Source: Deltaproteobacteria bacterium
Lineage (GTDB): Bacteria; Myxococcota_A; UBA9042
Length of the DNA: 64,000 bases
NCBI GenBank assembly: GCA_020632665.1
Contig: JACKFC010000017.1
Coordinates: 40,423 to 104,422 of the forward strand
Direction of reading: 5' to 3'
A program made the translations under genes and the position numbers. This document shows positions 1-9,600 of the stretch, in pieces. Numbering within the stretch: position 1 is the first letter of the stretch; each line of letters begins with the position of its first letter. The notes beneath the pieces were generated by a model, which saw nothing but the letters and a program-made list of their open reading frames with translations, did no database searches and was not told the DNA's origin.

Positions 1-2
1 GC

Positions 3-353
3 CCCACGGCGCTGCCCTGTGTCGAGATCGCGCCGCGCGGCGAGCGCTTCTTCGACTACGAGACGAAATACGATCCCAGCCTGGTCGACGAGATCGTGCC
101 GGCCCGGATTCCGGCCGCAGCCGAGGCCGCGCTCCGCAGCCACGCCCTGGCGGCGCATCGCGTCCTCGGTTGTCGTGGCGTCTCGCGGACCGACGCGATC
201 CTCGACCGCGACGGCGCGCTCTGGCTGCTCGAGACCAATACCTTGCCCGGCCTGACGCCGGCTTCGCTCTTGCCGAAAGCCGCCGCCGCCGCGGGCTTGC
301 CCTATGCCGATCTGCTGGAGCGGATCATCGCCAACGCGCTCGCCGACGGCTGA
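3..353 (+). CDS. ddl: D-alanine--D-alanine ligase, C-terminal part (5' end lies outside the window)
   Basis: Frame 3 is open from the window edge. The translation ...VEIAPRGERFFDYETKYDPSLVDEIVPARIP...LWLLETNTLPGLTPASLLPKAAAAAGLPYADLLERII matches the Ddl C-terminal ATP-grasp region. Stop codon TGA at 351-353. Confidence 0.85.
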   Translation, partial: PTALPCVEIAPRGERFFDYETKYDPSLVDEIVPARIPAAAEAALRSHALAAHRVLGCRGVSRTDAILDRDGALWLLETNTLPGLTPASLLPKAAAAAGLPYADLLERIIANALADG

Positions 354-497
354 ACCGGTGACAGCGCCGGGTCCGTTGCCGACGCGTAGAAATTCCTTGA
401 CCTCCGGCGCGGGCTTGGCGCAGGTTCCGCGCCCCGCCGAGCCAAGCGCAGTGGTGGAGATCCAGGCACGGCCGCTGCGAGCGACGTCGCCGAGGAG

Positions 498-926
498 TTG
501 CCTTCGATGAGCAAGAATACCGTGATCCAGATCCTCTCGATCGAGCCCAGCGTGATTCGTGTGCAGGAGCCCTTCAAGGCCCATTGGTCGGTGGAAGTCG
601 ACGACCAGGCCGACCTCGGCAACGTCGAGTTGACCTTCCAGACCGACGACGCCCGCCTCCTCCTCTTCGAGCATCAGGGTGAAGAGTCGCCCGTGCTCAA
701 GCCGCTCGCGCTCGGCCCCGGTGCCAAGATCAAGAAGACGACGCTGCTCGAGGTTCGCTTGCGCCAGGGGCTGGTTGGCGAAGAGAGCCGTGACGGCACC
801 GCCGCGCCGCTCTCGGTTCACGCCCGCCTCAACGGCGACGGCCAGCGCCTGCTCGCGATCTCGTCCGGCTACGGTGTGCAGGTCGCGGATTTGGCCGAGC
901 GCCCCTCGACCAAGATCTTCATTTAG
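498..926 (+). CDS. Hypothetical cytoplasmic protein, 142 aa
   Basis: ATG preceded by a GAGGAG ribosome-binding site (RBS). The amino-acid composition is protein-like rather than Arg/Pro-rich. I recognise no family. Confidence 0.5.
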   Translation: MPSMSKNTVIQILSIEPSVIRVQEPFKAHWSVEVDDQADLGNVELTFQTDDARLLLFEHQGEESPVLKPLALGPGAKIKKTTLLEVRLRQGLVGEESRDGTAAPLSVHARLNGDGQRLLAISSGYGVQVADLAERPSTKIFI

Positions 927-2088
927 CCTTCGCGTCGCGCCCGATGGCGGCGCAACGCAGGCGGCCGATCGCCGGTTTGTCGTCCGGCTTGGCCCGGATC
1001 CACGCCCACGCGGTCCCGCTCTCGTCGTCCGGCCAGGTCGCGGCCAGGCAGCCCGGCGCCTGCAGCATCAGCGCTCCGCGTGCGGGCGTGATCGCCGACG
1101 TCGCGTCGAAGCGGACCGCCAGCGCGTTGGGCAGGACCGGGTCGCGGCCGGTGATGGCCGGGCACGTCCCCGCGGTTGCTGCGCCGCTGGTCAGGCCCGA
1201 GTGGTGCAGGCGCGCGTGCTCGGTCGGCGCGACCGCCTTGGCCTGGATCAGCGGCGCCTTGCTGCCTTCCGCAGCGCCTTTCGGGTCCAGCGTCGCGACG
1301 AGATCGCGCGTCCCGGCGCGACTACCCATGCGCAACCAGACCGGGATGCCTCCGGGCGTCTTCGGCTCGATGCCCAAGTCGATCAGGTCTCGACCGGCGA
1401 CGCGCAGCGCGCCCAGCTCGACGCCGGCGCCGAAATCGAGCACCGACCAGCCGATCGAGCCGCCGGCGTAGGTCTTGTCCGGCGGGAAGGCCTCGGCGAC
1501 GGCGAGGATCTCGCCGGTCCGCGCGAAGCCGACGACGCTGCCTTCGGCCTGTAGGACCAGCTCCAGCTTGCGCGCGGCGGGGTCGATCGCGGCCACGCCG
1601 CCGCCGAAGACATAGAGCGGGTAGGGGCCGCCCAGGATCCCGCCGACTTGCGGTCCCTCGCCCGCCGCCGCTGTGGGGGGCAGCGACGTCTGGCCTTTCT
1701 TTGCGCCGGTGCGCGCGTCGCGCAGCTCGACCGTGTGGCGATCGACCGGCTTGCCGTCGAGGCTGAGTCGGCACGCCCGCGGCAACATCAGCACGTCACC
1801 CACCGTCACCGGCATCCCGTGTTGGCATTGCGGTCGGGCCGGCAACCGAGGTCCGGGGTCGACGGTGCAGCGGAAGCGCGCAGCCGCAGCCGCAGGAGCA
1901 GGCGTGGCGGCAGCACGCGACGCGGCCGGCTGGGTCGGCGTCGCGGCCGGCGCAGCGCTCGCTTTGGCCTTGCTCTCGCCGTTCGCTTCGTCGGCGGCGA
2001 GCCCCAAGAGCAACGTCACCGCGGCGAAGGCCGCGACCCCGCCGCGCTGCACCGTGCCGGCGCCGATGATTCCCAGAACGCGCTTCAT
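919..2088 (-). CDS. Secreted hypothetical protein with an Ala/Pro-rich linker
   Basis: Start chosen at the internal Met (MKRVLGIIGAGTVQRGGVAAFAAVTLLLGLAADEA), which gives a signal peptide and has GGAGGA 5 nt upstream. The ORF-track Met at 2127 would add a non-signal leader. Confidence 0.55.
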   Translation of the reverse strand: MKRVLGIIGAGTVQRGGVAAFAAVTLLLGLAADEANGESKAKASAAPAATPTQPAASRAAATPAPAAAAARFRCTVDPGPRLPARPQCQHGMPVTVGDVLMLPRACRLSLDGKPVDRHTVELRDARTGAKKGQTSLPPTAAAGEGPQVGGILGGPYPLYVFGGGVAAIDPAARKLELVLQAEGSVVGFARTGEILAVAEAFPPDKTYAGGSIGWSVLDFGAGVELGALRVAGRDLIDLGIEPKTPGGIPVWLRMGSRAGTRDLVATLDPKGAAEGSKAPLIQAKAVAPTEHARLHHSGLTSGAATAGTCPAITGRDPVLPNALAVRFDATSAITPARGALMLQAPGCLAATWPDDESGTAWAWIRAKPDDKPAIGRLRCAAIGRDAKAK

Positions 2089-2201
2089 CTCATCCTCCGC
2101 TGGCGACACCCTCGATTGCAGACGCACGAGTGGGTCGATAGATTCCGCTCCGATGCAGCTTCGTGGCGGGACGCCGCAGGCGCAAGCGCAGAGGAGGTCG
2201 C

Positions 2202-2303
2202 GTGCAGGTCCGGGGCGAAGAGGTGCGGCAGTGGATCGTCGCGTTGGCCGGCGTGGCCGCGCAGGTCGCCGCCACCGTCTGGGCCATGTCGCTCCTCTTC
2301 TGA
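2202..2303 (+). CDS. Candidate small hydrophobic protein, 33 aa (VQVRGEEVRQWIVALAGVAAQVAATVWAMSLLF)
   Basis: GTG start with a GAGGAGG site 4 nt upstream. Third-codon-position GC content (GC3) is very high. The stop lies 8 nt before the ATG of the downstream membrane protein. The ORF is too short to appear in the ORF track. Confidence 0.3.
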   Translation: MQVRGEEVRQWIVALAGVAAQVAATVWAMSLLF

Positions 2304-2310
2304 CGCCACC

Positions 2311-3234
2311 ATGCTCTCACCGCCGCTCGCCCGCGCCCGCGCCACCGTCCTCGCCGTCGAAGCCACCACGCTCGGGCTCGCTGCCGGCGTGGCCTTGGCC
2401 TTGGCCATCGCCTTGATCTTGCGGCCGAGCGCCGCGATCCATCTGTTGCGGCCGGTCGCCACCCTCGGCGCCGCCGTGGCCACCCTCGGCGCGATGGGCA
2501 CGCTGCTGGCGCACAACCTGGGCCTCGGCGCGCGACGGGTCGTGGTGGAGGCCGATGCGGATGCACCTCCGGGGCCTCCGGCGACCGTGCCAGGAACCTA
2601 CCTCGCCGCCATCGGCGGGGCACTGCTCGCGGTTGGGCTCTTCCTCGCGTCGCGGGCGGCAGACGGCTCGGCTCTGGGCGCCAGCGAGGCCCGCGATCGC
2701 GCCATCCTCTGCGGACTGCTCGCGATCGCCCTGCAAGCGACGCTGAGTTGGCGCGCCTCCGCCGCGCTCGGGCCGTCGGCGACGCCCCTTGCCGAGCTGC
2801 TCCAGCCGAGCGCCGTCGCGTTGCTCGCGGGCTTCGGCCTGACCCTGGTGATCGGCCTGGTGGGCGAATCGATGACGGCCGAGCTCACCTACGAACTCGG
2901 CGCTGGCACGACGATGGCAGCGTTGTGGGCCACCGCGACGACGGGGCGGGTGATGCGCGGCGTGCGGCTGACCCTGCGCCGCGACCGCGAGCAGGGCGTC
3001 ACCGCACCGCCCGTGGAGCGCGCCCTTCGCCACGCTGCACTGGCCACGCTCGCCGGCGTTCTGGTCCCTGCGCTGGTGATCGCGGCCAACCTTGCGACGG
3101 CGCACCTCAACGGTGTCGTGCTCGCCGGAGCGGCGTTGATCGTGGTCGGGCACCCGCTCCGCTATGCGCTCGCGCTCTGCCGCCTCGATGCGCCCGAGGC
3201 TCCGCGTTGCAAATCGGGGCTCGCCCGGCTATGA
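2311..3234 (+). CDS. Polytopic membrane protein, hypothetical
   Basis: Internal ATG at residue 222 of the 1648..3234 ORF. Several hydrophobic Ala/Leu/Gly segments and high GC3. The upstream part of the track ORF is Arg-rich and non-protein-like. Confidence 0.55.
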   Translation: MLSPPLARARATVLAVEATTLGLAAGVALALAIALILRPSAAIHLLRPVATLGAAVATLGAMGTLLAHNLGLGARRVVVEADADAPPGPPATVPGTYLAAIGGALLAVGLFLASRAADGSALGASEARDRAILCGLLAIALQATLSWRASAALGPSATPLAELLQPSAVALLAGFGLTLVIGLVGESMTAELTYELGAGTTMAALWATATTGRVMRGVRLTLRRDREQGVTAPPVERALRHAALATLAGVLVPALVIAANLATAHLNGVVLAGAALIVVGHPLRYALALCRLDAPEAPRCKSGLARL

Positions 3235-3333
3235 CACGGCCTGCAACTTCGATGTCGCGCTCCCCCACGGCGGCGGAATCGCGCATCGGCTGACGCGGCT
3301 CGCGCGCACGAGCGGCGACGAGGGCGGGGGCGG

Positions 3334-5385
3334 ATGCAGCGCAAGTGCCCCGAGTGCGGCCTGGATACGGACGAACTCACCTGTCCCAACGACGGTGAGA
3401 TGACGCTCGTCATCAAGGAAGTCAGGAAGGCCGACAATATGGTCGGTCAAGTCATCGGCGGTCGGTACCGCGTCGAAAAGATCATCGGTCAAGGTGGCTT
3501 CGGCGCCGTCTACATGGCGCAGCACACCGCCACCGGCGATACCCTCGCGATCAAGGTCCTGCGGACCGACGTCGAAGGCGCCTCCGATGTCGTCGCCCGC
3601 TTCCGTCAGGAAGCCAAGGCCACCAGTCGGCTCAAGCATCCGAATACGGTGCGCGTCTTCGACTTCGGTCAGATGGACGACGGCAACCTCTTCTTGGCGA
3701 TGGAATTCCTCGACGGCAAGACGTTGACCGACGTGATGCGCGCCGAGGGCCCGCTGGCGCCGGAGCGCTTGGTCAAGATCGGCGTCCAGGTGCTGAAGTC
3801 GCTCTCCGAGGCGCACAGCAAGGGCCTGGTCCACCGCGATCTGAAGCCGGACAATATCTTCATCCAGAATATCCACGGCGAGCCGGATTTCGTCCGCGTC
3901 CTCGACTTCGGCATCGCCAAGTCGCTGGCCACCGATACCGAAGATCTGACCTCGACCGGCGCGGTGATCGGCACGCCGAAGTATATGTCGCCCGAGCAGG
4001 CGCGCGGCCAATCGGTCGACGCCCGGACGGATATCTACTCGCTGGGCGTGATCCTCTTCGAGGGCATCTCCGGTACGCCGCCCTTCATGGCCGAGACGCC
4101 GCTCGCGATGATCCTCCGCCGCGTGACCGAAGAGCCGCCGCGGGTCCACGACAGCATCGCGCGGCCAACTCCGATCGGCCTCTGCGACGTGGTGCTGAAG
4201 TCACTCTCGCGCCGGCTCGAAGAGCGATACGCCTCTGCGGACGAGTTCGCCGAGGCCCTGCAGTCCGCGCTCGACACGCCTGTCGCCTTGCCGGGCGGCG
4301 GCGTCAGCGCACCGGCCGGCGGCGCGGTCGGCGGCAGCACCGCCGCGTACGGCTCGCTTCCTGCCGGGGGCGACGAGACCGTCGACGTCTCGTCCGAGCA
4401 GGTTGCCGCGCTGACGGGCAATTCTTCGCAAGTCTTCGTCCACGGCGGTGCCGGCGACGACGACGCCACCTTCGAGGCGACCGCGGAGCAGATGGCCGCC
4501 GCGGCCGGCGGAGCGGACGTCACGATCCGCACCGAGACCGACGGACCGGCGACGATCGTCACGCCCGCGACCGCACCGCCCGCATCGCCGCCACCGGGGG
4601 GCGCCAGCGCCGCGCCGTCCTCAGCCCCGGCAGCGAAGGCGGGCTCTGCAGCGAAGGCGGGCCCAGCTGCGCCGCAGTCCAAGCCGAGCGAGCCGGTCCC
4701 GGTGGCCAGCAGAACGCCGTCGAGCCCTGCCCCCGCGGTCGGCGGCAACTCCGACAACAAGATGCCGCTCTACATCGGCGGCGGCATCGGCGTGCTGGTC
4801 TTGGTCCTGATGATCGTGATGATGTCGCGGCCGCAGCAGGTCGTCATCGCGCAGGGGCAGCTCACGTCGAGCGGTCAGGTCGTCGCGATGCAGCAACAGC
4901 AGGTCGCGCAGCAAGCTCCGCCGACGCCCGCGCCCGCGCCCGAGCCCAAACCGGAGCCCAAGCCCGAGCCGAAGCCCGAGCCGAAGCCCGAGCCGAAGCC
5001 TGAACTTGCCGCGGCCCCAGCACAGCAGCAGTCGACGATCGTGCTCGTCCGGGAGCCGGCGTCCGCCGCGGTGACCATCGACGGCAGCGCCATCGTCGGC
5101 GACAAGACGATCTTGCCGCCGGGTAAGCACAAGGTCGAAGCCTCCGCCTCCGGCTACGAGGGTTGGAGCGCCGAGGTCGAGGTCGCCGCTGGGCAGACGG
5201 AGGTCGTGCGCTTCGAGCTGCAGAAGAAGGCGCGCGCGCCGGTCCGCCGTCCGTCTGGTGGTGGTGGGGGTGGGACGAAGTCTGCTCCGGATCCGGTCGT
5301 GAAGGCCCCCGATCCGGTCAAGAAGCCACCGGAGAAGAAGCCGCCAGAGAAGAAGCCGCCGCCCGGTGGCCTGCTGATCGACTAG
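3334..5385 (+). CDS. Hanks-type Ser/Thr protein kinase with an N-terminal Cys4 zinc ribbon, a transmembrane (TM) helix and a C-terminal PEGA-like domain
   Basis: Kinase motifs: GQGGFGAVY, AIKVL, HRDLKPDN, DFG and GTPKYMSPE. N-terminal CPECG...CPNDG. TM segment MPLYIGGGIGVLVLVLMIVMM. Extracellular PEPK x6 and PPEKK repeats. PEGA-like block VTIDGSAIVGDKTILPPGKHKVEASASGYEGW. Confidence 0.9.
   Translation: MQRKCPECGLDTDELTCPNDGEMTLVIKEVRKADNMVGQVIGGRYRVEKIIGQGGFGAVYMAQHTATGDTLAIKVLRTDVEGASDVVARFRQEAKATSRLKHPNTVRVFDFGQMDDGNLFLAMEFLDGKTLTDVMRAEGPLAPERLVKIGVQVLKSLSEAHSKGLVHRDLKPDNIFIQNIHGEPDFVRVLDFGIAKSLATDTEDLTSTGAVIGTPKYMSPEQARGQSVDARTDIYSLGVILFEGISGTPPFMAETPLAMILRRVTEEPPRVHDSIARPTPIGLCDVVLKSLSRRLEERYASADEFAEALQSALDTPVALPGGGVSAPAGGAVGGSTAAYGSLPAGGDETVDVSSEQVAALTGNSSQVFVHGGAGDDDATFEATAEQMAAAAGGADVTIRTETDGPATIVTPATAPPASPPPGGASAAPSSAPAAKAGSAAKAGPAAPQSKPSEPVPVASRTPSSPAPAVGGNSDNKMPLYIGGGIGVLVLVLMIVMMSRPQQVVIAQGQLTSSGQVVAMQQQQVAQQAPPTPAPAPEPKPEPKPEPKPEPKPEPKPELAAAPAQQQSTIVLVREPASAAVTIDGSAIVGDKTILPPGKHKVEASASGYEGWSAEVEVAAGQTEVVRFELQKKARAPVRRPSGGGGGGTKSAPDPVVKAPDPVKKPPEKKPPEKKPPPGGLLID
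4936..5003 (+). repeat. Coding 12-bp microsatellite, about 5.5 copies, encoding the (PEPK)n linker
   Basis: cccgagccgaag-type units repeat directly at 12-bp periodicity inside the kinase ectodomain. Confidence 0.6.
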
Positions 5386-5535
5386 CACATCGCGCTGCGC
5401 AGCGACGGAGCCGCCGCATCCGGCAGCCATCCGCGAAATAGGCGACGCCCCGAGGTTGAGCCTCGGCACGCCGTTCGTTAGCATCCGCTCTCCAGACCCG
5501 GACGCGACGCACGCGATCCATCGGAGGCGAGTCCC

Positions 5536-6591
5536 ATGCCTGGCCGCGGCTTCTCACCGATCCATCTACGACGCCTGCTCGGTGTCGCACTTTGCGGGGC
5601 GCTCGCGCTCGCCGTCGCCCCGGCGACGGTTCACGCTGACGCTGCGGAAGAGTCGCTCGAACTCGCCCGTGCTGGCGCAGGCCACTTCAAGGAGAAGCGC
5701 TACATCGAGGCAGCGCGCGCCTTCGAGTCGGCCTACCGGACCAACCCCGTCGATCCGCGCAACCTCCGCTACGCTGGTCGCGCCTGGGAGGAGGTCGGCG
5801 TCATCGACCGCGCGATCAGCCTCTTCGAGCGCTACCTTCAGGTCGAGAGCAACCCGGAGTATCGGCAGTCGATCGTGCCGCGTCTCGACAAGCTGAAGGC
5901 GACGACCGAGAAGGAGCGCGCTGAAGCGCTCGCGATGGCGACGATCAAATATCCGCAGGGCCGGCTCGAGGAAGAAGCCGCGCAGGCCTTCGAGCGGATC
6001 GGCGACAAGGCGAGCCTCGAGCGCGCCATCAAGCTCTACGAGACCTCCCGCCTCTGGGCCGAGACGCCGGAGGCGAAGGCCAAAGTCGACGCCAACATCA
6101 ACCGCGTCCGCCAGCGGATTCAGGACCTCGACAAGCCGAAGGACCCGAAGGGGCCGACCGGCCCGACTGGCCCGGTGAAGCCGGAAGAGCCGAAGAGCGA
6201 TACGATGGGCATGATCCTGTACGTCGCCGGTGGCGTCGCGCTGGTCGCAGGTGGCGGCCTCGGCGGCTACGGCTACCTCTCCTACGATCAGGCGCTGCAG
6301 GACAACGACGCCGGCAAGTTTGCCACCAAGGCGGCCTACGATTCGGCGACCGAGTCGGCGCGCTCGATGAACCGCGCCGGCTACGGACTCGCCGCCGTCG
6401 GCGTCGGCGTGCTCGGCTGGGCCGTGGTCCGTTCGGTGCTCTCGGGCGGAAACGACAAGGCCGCCGCACCCAAGGCCGACGGTGAGGGCGACGCGCCCGC
6501 CGACAAGGCCGAGGACAAGGATTCGAGCTTCTTCCTGCAGCCGCGACTCGATCGCGACGGCGCCGGCTTCGTGCTCGGCGGCCGCTTCTAG
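5536..6591 (+). CDS. Signal-peptide TPR-like protein with a C-terminal membrane anchor
   Basis: N-terminal LLGVALCGALALAVAPATVHA. Helical TPR-like repeats. A C-terminal hydrophobic stretch ILYVAGGVALVAGGGLGG. GGAGG ribosome-binding site before the ATG. Confidence 0.6.
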   Translation: MPGRGFSPIHLRRLLGVALCGALALAVAPATVHADAAEESLELARAGAGHFKEKRYIEAARAFESAYRTNPVDPRNLRYAGRAWEEVGVIDRAISLFERYLQVESNPEYRQSIVPRLDKLKATTEKERAEALAMATIKYPQGRLEEEAAQAFERIGDKASLERAIKLYETSRLWAETPEAKAKVDANINRVRQRIQDLDKPKDPKGPTGPTGPVKPEEPKSDTMGMILYVAGGVALVAGGGLGGYGYLSYDQALQDNDAGKFATKAAYDSATESARSMNRAGYGLAAVGVGVLGWAVVRSVLSGGNDKAAAPKADGEGDAPADKAEDKDSSFFLQPRLDRDGAGFVLGGRF

Positions 6592-6602
6592 GGGGCCTCC
6601 AG

Positions 6603-9600
6603 ATGACCTTCTCCAAGCGTTTGTTTGCCCCCGCTCGCCTCGCGCGCTTCGGCCCGCTCTGGGCGGCCGCGCTGCTCGCGACCTCGGGCTGCGTCCCCGG
6701 TGCCACCGACGTCCCGGATTGGAACAAGGGCTCGGTCGGAGGCGGCGGCGCCGTCTGCGGCAACGGCAGCTGTGAGGCCGGCGAGACCGAGAATTCCTGC
6801 TCGGTCGACTGTACTGGAGTCTCCGCCGAGTGCGGCAACGGCAAATGCGAGCCCGGCGAAAGCGCGACGACCTGCAAGACCGATTGCGCGGTCGGCGGCA
6901 AGGTCTGCGGCGACGGAACCTGCGAGGGCGAAGAGACCTTCGTCTCCTGCCCGTCGGACTGCAAGCCGAAGTGCAAAGACCCGATTGTCGACTGCGGCGA
7001 GCACGCCAACTCCTGCAAGAAGTACGTCTGCGGGCAGAACGGTGAGTGCGAAGAGGCCAAGCTCGACGACAACACGCCCTGCGACGACGGCAACAAATGC
7101 ACCACCGAGGAGCGCTGCGAGAACGGCGAGTGCAAGGGCGGCAAGGAGCCGGATTGCGACGACGGCGACGCCTGCACGGCCGATGATTGCGACGCCGCGA
7201 ACGGCACCTGCACCAACGTCGCCGTGGCAGACGGCACCACGTGCCCGGCCGGCGGGCCCTGCGAGGGCAACAACCAATGCCAAGCCGGCCAGTGCAAGCC
7301 GACGGTCTGGAAATGCGAGTGCGACGCGAGCAAGCCCAACGACGACGCACAATACGGCTGCGCGAAGAAGAGCCCGGCGAATAAGTGCAACGGCGTCTCG
7401 ACCTGCGTCATCAACGACGACAGCAAGAAGCACGAGTGCGTCATCCCCGAGAGCACCAAGGTCACCTGTGACAGCAGCCTCGACACCGACTGCAGCACCC
7501 ACGTCTGCAATCCGCAGAAGGGCGCTTGCGAGTTCAAGGCCAAGCCGAACAACACGCTCTGCGACGACGGCAGCAACTGCACCAGCGGCGACACCTGCTT
7601 CGGCGGCGAATGCATCCCCGGCACGATGATCTGCGAGTGCGATATCGTGAACTTCAAGTCGCAGTGCGAGAAGAAGTACCAGGGCACCGCGGGGCCTTGC
7701 TCCGGACAATTCTATTGCGCCAACCCCGCCGCCGGCCCCTATGCCGCTGGCGCGACCTCGGAAGAGAAGGCGGCCAAGACGCACTGCGAGATCAACCCCG
7801 CCACCGTCATCAATTGCGAGAGCAAGGACGACACGGCCTGCTCGGTCAACACCTGCGTGGTCGACGGCAACGACGGCGGCTGCAAGATGGTGCCGGAGAA
7901 GGTCGGCAAGCTCTGCGACGACGGCGCCGAGTGCACCCCGAACTCGGCCTGCAACGCGGCTGGGCTCTGCTCGCCGGCGCTCTCCGACTCGCCGCCGTGC
8001 GATGAAAAGGGCCAGTGCTCCAAGGCCGGCACCGTCTGCCAGGACGGCTTCTGCGTCACCAATACCTGCGTCTGCCAGGAGGACGCCGACTGCGCCGCGA
8101 AGGACGACGGTGACCTCTGCAACGGCACCATGTTCTGCAACCAAGCGACCGGCGCTTGCGAGCTGAACAAAGCGACCATCGTCAACTGCGCGAGCTTGAG
8201 CGACACCGCTTGCGTGGTGAATATCTGCTACCCGAAGCTCGGCGTGTGCAAGCTGACGCCGCGTGAGAACGTGTTCAAGGAGACGATCACCGACCCGAAG
8301 ACGCAGGCGGTGAAGGTCTCGGTCAAGCCCTACCCGGTGAAGAAGGTCGACGTCTTCTGCGACGACGGCAACACCTGCACCCCGGTCGACGAATGCGACA
8401 AGGGCGTCTGCGTCTCCGACGACACCAATACCTGCGGCTGCCAGAAGGACAGCGACTGCGCCGGCCAGGAAGATGGCAACGTCTGCAACGGCACGATGTA
8501 TTGCGACAAACTCGCGTCCGGCGGACCCAAGTGCAAAGTCAACCCGGCGACGGTGGTCACCTGCATCGGCGTCGACGACACCGTCTGCGCGCAGAATGTC
8601 TGTGATCCGAAGACCGGTTCCTGCAAGGTCACGCCGGTCAAGGGCACGGTCCTCTGTGACGACGGCAACCCCTGTACACCGAACGACTTCTGCAACGCCA
8701 AGGGGCAGTGCAGCCCAGTCGGCGCAGACGCCAAGGCGTGCGGCGCCGGCGGCAGCTGCCCGATCGGCTATTCCTGCTTCGACGGCAAGTGTGCGACCAA
8801 CGTCTGCCAATGCAGCCAGGACAGCGACTGCGCCAGCAAGGAAGACGGCAACGTCTGCAACGGCACGCTCTACTGCGACAAGGCCACCGGCGCCTGCAAG
8901 GTCAACCCCGCCACCATCGTCAGCTGCAGCGACACCGAGGATTCGACCTGCTTGGCCAACCAATGCAACAAGGCGACCGGCGCCTGCGCGATGACGCCGA
9001 TCAACAACAACAAGCTCTGCGACGACGGCAATCCGTGCTCGGCGACGCCAATTTGCGAGAACGGTGTCTGCAAGGCCGAGACCGAGATCTGCGTCTGCAC
9101 CACCGACGCCGACTGCGCGCCGCTGCAGAGCAAGAACCTCTGCGCCGGCACGCTCTACTGCAAGAAGGGTGCGACCGCCGAGCAGAACACCTGCGCCGTC
9201 AATCCGGGGTCCGTCACGGTGTGTCCGTCCGGCGACGACACGGCCTGCATGCGCAACCAATGCGACGCGAAGACCGGAAAATGCGCCATGGTCAACAAGC
9301 CGGACAACGTCGTACTCTGCGACGACGGCAACCCCTGCACCAGCGGTGATAGCTGCGTCGCCGGTGCGTGCGCGGCTGGCACCAATATCTGCGAGTGCGC
9401 CACCGACGCCGATTGCGCTTCAAAGGATGACGGCAACGCCTGCAACGGCACGCTCTTCTGCGACAAGACGGGCGCGACCAATGTCTGCAAGACCAAGCCC
9501 GGCTCGATCCCGACCTGCAACCCGACCGCGACGGGCAGCTGCTTGGTCGAGAAGTGCATCCCGGCGACCGGCAAATGCGAGAAGATCAGCGCCTCGATCT

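Noticed and set aside
679-1766. Long plus-strand and minus-strand ORFs from the track (679..1554, 944..1471, 1176..1766, 1322..1774)
   Set aside because: Extremely Arg/Pro/Ala-rich translations typical of off-frame reading in 70% GC DNA. They overlap the better-supported secreted-protein gene on the minus strand.
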